A stretch of DNA of 63,932 bases, filler included, from Octopus bimaculoides (lineage: Eukaryota), in assembly GCF_001194135.2 (NCBI RefSeq). It is 8 parts of 8 records of this genome, joined end to end, with 100 filler letters (N's around TTAATTAATTAA, not from the genome) between each part and the next. Parts side by side here need not be neighbours in the genome. Positions count along the whole stretch, not along the records: positions 54,995 to 60,444 come from NC_068987.1; positions 60,545 to 62,667 come from NC_068989.1; positions 62,768 to 63,932 come from NW_026429382.1; 5 more parts are not named here. One strand, 5' to 3'. The translations under genes and the position numbers were made by a program. The notes under the pieces were generated by a model that was not told where the DNA came from, did no database searches, and saw nothing but the letters and a program-made list of their open reading frames with translations. Every line of letters starts with the position of its first letter. The stretch's first letter is position 1. Of this stretch, positions 59,130 through 63,932 are shown piece by piece.

Positions 59130-60260
59130 AGACCTTAGGAATGCCTTCAATTCCATCAGTCAGGACGTTATCCTCCGTACAGCAAGGGAGAATGCCCCAC
59201 AGCTTTAGCACTTTGCTTGGCAAGCTTATCGGGAGCCCTCCTTCTTCTCTTTTGGCGACTACTTCATTCCATCTGCCTCTGGAGTCCAACAGGGTGACCC
59301 ACTTGGACCTGCTCTATTTGCACTGGGTATCGATGTTGCTACCAAGATGGGAGCTGACCTAGACTTAAATGTCTGGTATCTTGATGATGCTTGTTTGGGT
59401 GGGGCCCTCCTGACAAGGTCCTTACAACTGGGAGGACGATGATTGATGAATTTGGTCATAGGAGCCTTAATGTTAACAGTTCCAAATGCAAGCTCTGGCT
59501 CCTCTACCATTCTGCTTCACATGAGTAGACTGTAAACCTGTTTACAGACTCCTTCCTTTCTATCGCGGTTTCTCCTTCATCAGTGAGGTGCTCTCTTGGT
59601 GCCCCAACTACTGACCAAGCTTTCGTGTCCATCTTTCAATCCAAAATGGCTAACCCTGAACAACTTTTTTAAAATCTTGAGGCCACTGAGCCCCACCAAG
59701 GTTTTTTATACTTAAGAATTACTTGTCAATTCCTACGTTATTGTATTTTCTCAGAGTTAGTCCCTCCTATAGATTCTCATCGTATCTTCAATGCTTTGAT
59801 GACTTAATCTTCAGGAAACTAAAGCCTGGTCAATGTTAGACTTTCCCCAGTGTCTCGCGACCAGACTGCGGTTTGAAGGTCTAGGTCTGCGCAAGTACTT
59901 GTCTTTATCTCTCTGTTTTCTTTCCTCCATCCACGTTTGCTCTACTTTAGTAGGCAACATCTTCTCCTCTCCAACATGGACTATTTCCAATAGGGAGATG
60001 GATGAAGTTCTATTACAGTGAGGAGATCTGAGTTTGTCAGTTATTACAGTTGAGGATAGGCGGAAGCAGAGAGTATGGGACAATCTGCGTTCAGATGCCA
60101 CTTTCAACCTTCTCCTTTGTCTGATCAATTTTCAAGGTGTCGTCTACACTAGCAGAAGCTAGTGTAAAATTCTCAGGGGACTAGATTGATGCCCTGCCTG
60201 TGGCCAACATTGGAGGTCTATTCAGTCTCCATTGCACTCAGAGTGGGAGATGATGCTAAA
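59130..60260 (+). mobile_element. CRE-clade-like non-LTR retrotransposon RT relic
   Basis: DLRNAFNSIS...LFGDYFIPSASGVQQGDPLGPALFALGI...LNVWYLDDACLGG, with a downstream ALPVANIG..IALRVG motif. Confidence 0.75.
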
Positions 60261-60830
60261 ACATGTACAGGGCGGGCCAAAAGTCACATGCAAAATACTC
60301 AGGAATTGTGAAAGACATGCTTCAGATTTTCTAAAATTGAATAAAATACATAAAATAATGATAAATACATAACACTTGTATATGATGAATAAAATGAGTA
60401 ATAATGATAATAACTATATAAATAAAATGTCAAATGTTTTGATGNNNNNNNNNNNNNNNNNNNNNNNNNNNNNNNNNNNNNNNNNNNNTTAATTAATTAA
60501 NNNNNNNNNNNNNNNNNNNNNNNNNNNNNNNNNNNNNNNNNNNNGGTTCTTTCTTTCTTTTTCTTTTCTTCCTCCCTTTGTCACTTTTACTATGAATTAA
60601 ATTAATGAATTCAACGGGATACACCGTCTGCAAGTAGTTGGGTTCAGCATATTATCCTCCATTTTCTAATTGTTACACAAATTTTGGGTAAAACCTCCAC
60701 TTTTACCCGCTCCCATTGATTGCACCTAGTATAGCACTAGCGTAGCAATAATTGGGTACCCTCCCAGCAGTATACTGGATAGATACTATCCCTTAGTGGG
60801 TTGTACCCCCAACCCCTAACTCTCTCACGT

Positions 60831-60862
<32 letters not shown>

Positions 60863-61167
60863 ATGTATATATGTATATATCCTCAAATACATATACGCAC
60901 AGACTCACACCCATTTACACCACTATACCAGTTACATGTTGAATGTATTTTGCCTTTTGTTAGTCTGAAGCTGATAAAAAAGAACACCAGTGAATCACTG
61001 GTATTTGATCAACACACCTTCAAAACAATGACCAACACACCTTCCTCAAAAGGTGTGTAACGAATACATCTTTATGATTAAAGTGAACGTGGGAAGCTGT
61101 GACGTAAGCAGTGGAATATGACAGGTATGGTATTGAATGGTGTGACATTCTTTTATTCTTGTATTAT

Positions 61168-61403
61168 TTTACTTGTTTCGGTCATTTGACTGCGGCTATG
61201 CTGGAACACCGCCTTTAGTCGAACAAATCGACCCCAGGACTTACTCTTTATAAGCATAGTGCTAATTCTATCAGTCTCTATTGCCGAACCGCTAAGTGTC
61301 CTCTACTTAGCCTCGGGCCGACCAAAGCCTTGTAGGCGGGTTTGGTAGACGGAAACTGAAAGAAGCCGGTCGTATTTATATATATAAACACATAAATAAA
61401 TTT

Positions 61404-61472
<69 letters not shown>

Positions 61473-61735
61473 ATATATATATATATATGTATGTTTGTAT
61501 GTATGTATGTATGTATGTATGTATGTCTATGTGTGTGTGTGTGTATGTATTTGCGTGTCTGTGTTTTGTCCTACCCCCACCATCGCTTGACAACCGATGC
61601 TGGTGTGTTTACATCGCCGTAACCTAGCGGTTCGGCAATAGAGACCGATAGAATAAGCACTAGGCTTATAAAGAATAAGTTCTGGTGTCGATTTCTTCGA
61701 CTAAAGGCGGTGCTCCAGCATGACCGCAGTCAAAA
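61168..61735. mobile_element. Two SINE segments in inverted orientation
   Basis: 61175-61295 is the approximate reverse complement of 61618-61735. Confidence 0.7.
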
Positions 61736-61774
<39 letters not shown>

Positions 61775-62767
61775 AGTTTCTAAAATTTTCAAAAGTTTTT
61801 TTGGTTGATGAAGATATATAATCCAAGCGGATACCATATGAGCTTCTACCAATTGATAAAGCTGATTAGCATACGTGAATTGACGTACTTCCATTTGGTT
61901 GGTTTACTTATTTTTCGTACATTGTCACGTCTCGCAATTTAGTTGTCTCTAAAGAGGCGGAAATTAAATGACTGCATAAATAAAAAAATTGGATATTCTC
62001 TAATCTCTATTTTCTGTTTCAGGGTTTCAGTTGAAGAAAGGACTCAAAGGCTAATGAAATTCCATTGCGGAATTGGTTATAAACCCACTTACAGATGTGT
62101 GTGTTTGTTTACGTGTGCATGTGATTCGCAATGTTGAAGCGTGTAGTATTGTGTCAAGCTGTATGTGTGTGTATGATGAAGGTAAAAGCAGAAAAGTGTA
62201 TTAGTGTTTATATGTGTGTATGTGTGTATGTGTGTGTGTATTTGGATGGTTATATGCTCATTGGTAATTATTTCACTTTTCACACAGAAATAAGAAAATA
62301 AGAAAGAAATCAATAAATAGATAAATAACAAGAAACAGAAGTGATCAACCATACATTGTTGTTGTCTATCTCAGAAAAAATCATAAAACAATAAACCAGT
62401 TTTTCTCAATCGTCAAGTTAGGCTCTCAGTAGTTCAGTGGTTCGGCCTTATTTCCATATACGCCAGCTTAATTTTATTCGTCCTCAGTCGAAAGACATCT
62501 GTTGTTTTGCCCTGTTATTATTCCTACTGTATTTGTGTAACATTGTTCGTTTTTTCCGTCCTTGTTTTTAGTATACATTCGCTATTTTCTTCAAGGAATC
62601 TAATGTTCTTAGCTTAGTTTTCCCTTGAGGCTGGCCAGATTGGAGCAATATCGAGAATAACCAGCCGNNNNNNNNNNNNNNNNNNNNNNNNNNNNNNNNN
62701 NNNNNNNNNNNTTAATTAATTAANNNNNNNNNNNNNNNNNNNNNNNNNNNNNNNNNNNNNNNNNNNN

Positions 62768-63600
62768 TTCTTTGTAAGCCTAGTGCTTATTCTATCGGTC
62801 TCTTTTTGCCGAACTGCCAAGTTACGGGGATGCAAACACCAACATCGGTCGTCAAGCGAAGCTGGGGGGGACAAACACAGACACACAAACATATACACAC
62901 ACATACATATATATATATATATACATATATACGATGGGCTTCTTTCAGCTTCCATCTACCAAATCCACTCACAAGGCTTTGGTTGGCCTGAGGCTATAGT
63001 AGAAGACACTTACCCAAGGTGCCATGCAGTGGGACTGAACCCAGAACCATGTGGTTCGTAAGCAAGCTACTTACCACACAGCCACTCCTGCGACTATAAT
63101 AATAACCCTTATTAATAAATTTTAAATATGTTCATATATATGTATATATGTATTTATATATGTGCATATATATATGAATGTATGTGTATATACTCTAACT
63201 CACTACTCTTTAACTTGTTTCAGTCATTTGACTGTGACCATGCTGGAGTACCGCCTTTAGTCGAGCAAATTGACCCCAGGACTTATTCTTTGGAAGCCTA
63301 GTACCTATTCTATCAGTCTCTTTTGCCGAACTGCTAATTTACGGGGATGTAAACACACCAGCATCGGTTATCAAGCGATGTTTGGGGGACAAACACAGAT
63401 GCACAAACATATACACACACACACAGATATATATATATATATACATATATACGACGGGCTTCTTGCAGTTTTCCGTCTACCAAATCCACTCACAAGACTT
63501 TGGTCGGCCCAAGACTATAGTAGAAGACACTTGCCCAAGGTGCCATGCCGTGGGAATGAACCCAGAACCATATGGTTGGTAAGCAAGCTAATTACCACAC
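62768..63600 (-). mobile_element. Two tandem tRNA-derived SINEs with internal (CA/TA)n (62768-63092, 63212-63600)
   Basis: Family consensus shared with 3520/4385, 24059, 45520 and 61168. Confidence 0.85.
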
Positions 63601-63932
63601 AGGCAGAGTGTATGTGTATATGTGTATATTTTCATATATATGTATATATGTATTTATATATATGTGTATATATATATGAGTGTACATGTATATTTGTATA
63701 TTTTCATATAAATGTATATATGTATCTATATATATATATGTGTATATATATATGTGAGTGTATGTGTATATGTGTATATATATGTGTGTACATGTATATA
63801 AATACATATGTATATATATATGTGTGTATATGTATATATGCATATATATGTTTATATATGTATATATATATATGTGTCTTTGTATATATATATATATACA
63901 CACACACACACCCACACACACACACACACACA

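Overview
AT-rich, microsatellite- and transposon-dense eukaryotic DNA with many N gaps. The SINE families and repeat landscape look like an octopod cephalopod (from recollection, not searched). Seven identical artificial linkers (44N-TTAATTAATTAA-44N) split the window into eight blocks, so adjacency across them is not biological evidence. One complete host gene can be reconstructed by hand: five coding exons on + (1009-1339, 2041-2219, 2843-3006, 4990-5153, 7191-7243). All phases match, one intron is GC-AG, and the product is 296 aa (286 aa from the second ATG). It looks secreted: signal peptide, a degenerate PAN/Apple-like module, then a ~185-aa Trp/Cys-rich domain of unknown family, possibly fibrinogen/intelectin-like. 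An intact, equal-length paralogous exon 2 (39/59 aa identical) lies inverted at 8739-8917, pointing to a gene cluster. The rest is mobile DNA: R4/Dong-like elements mostly at (TAA)n arrays, L1/Tx1, RTE, CRE- and HERO/NeSL-like LINEs, Penelope-like GIY-YIG fragments, mariner (one full length), hAT, piggyBac and Helitron relics, MITEs and tRNA-derived SINEs. At least four minimal hammerhead-ribozyme motifs occur, three of them in short non-coding units set in (TA)n/(CA)n tracts. The secreted-protein family and these ribozyme mini-elements are the best candidates for undescribed biology. Almost all long ORFs in the supplied track are artefacts of N runs or microsatellites.
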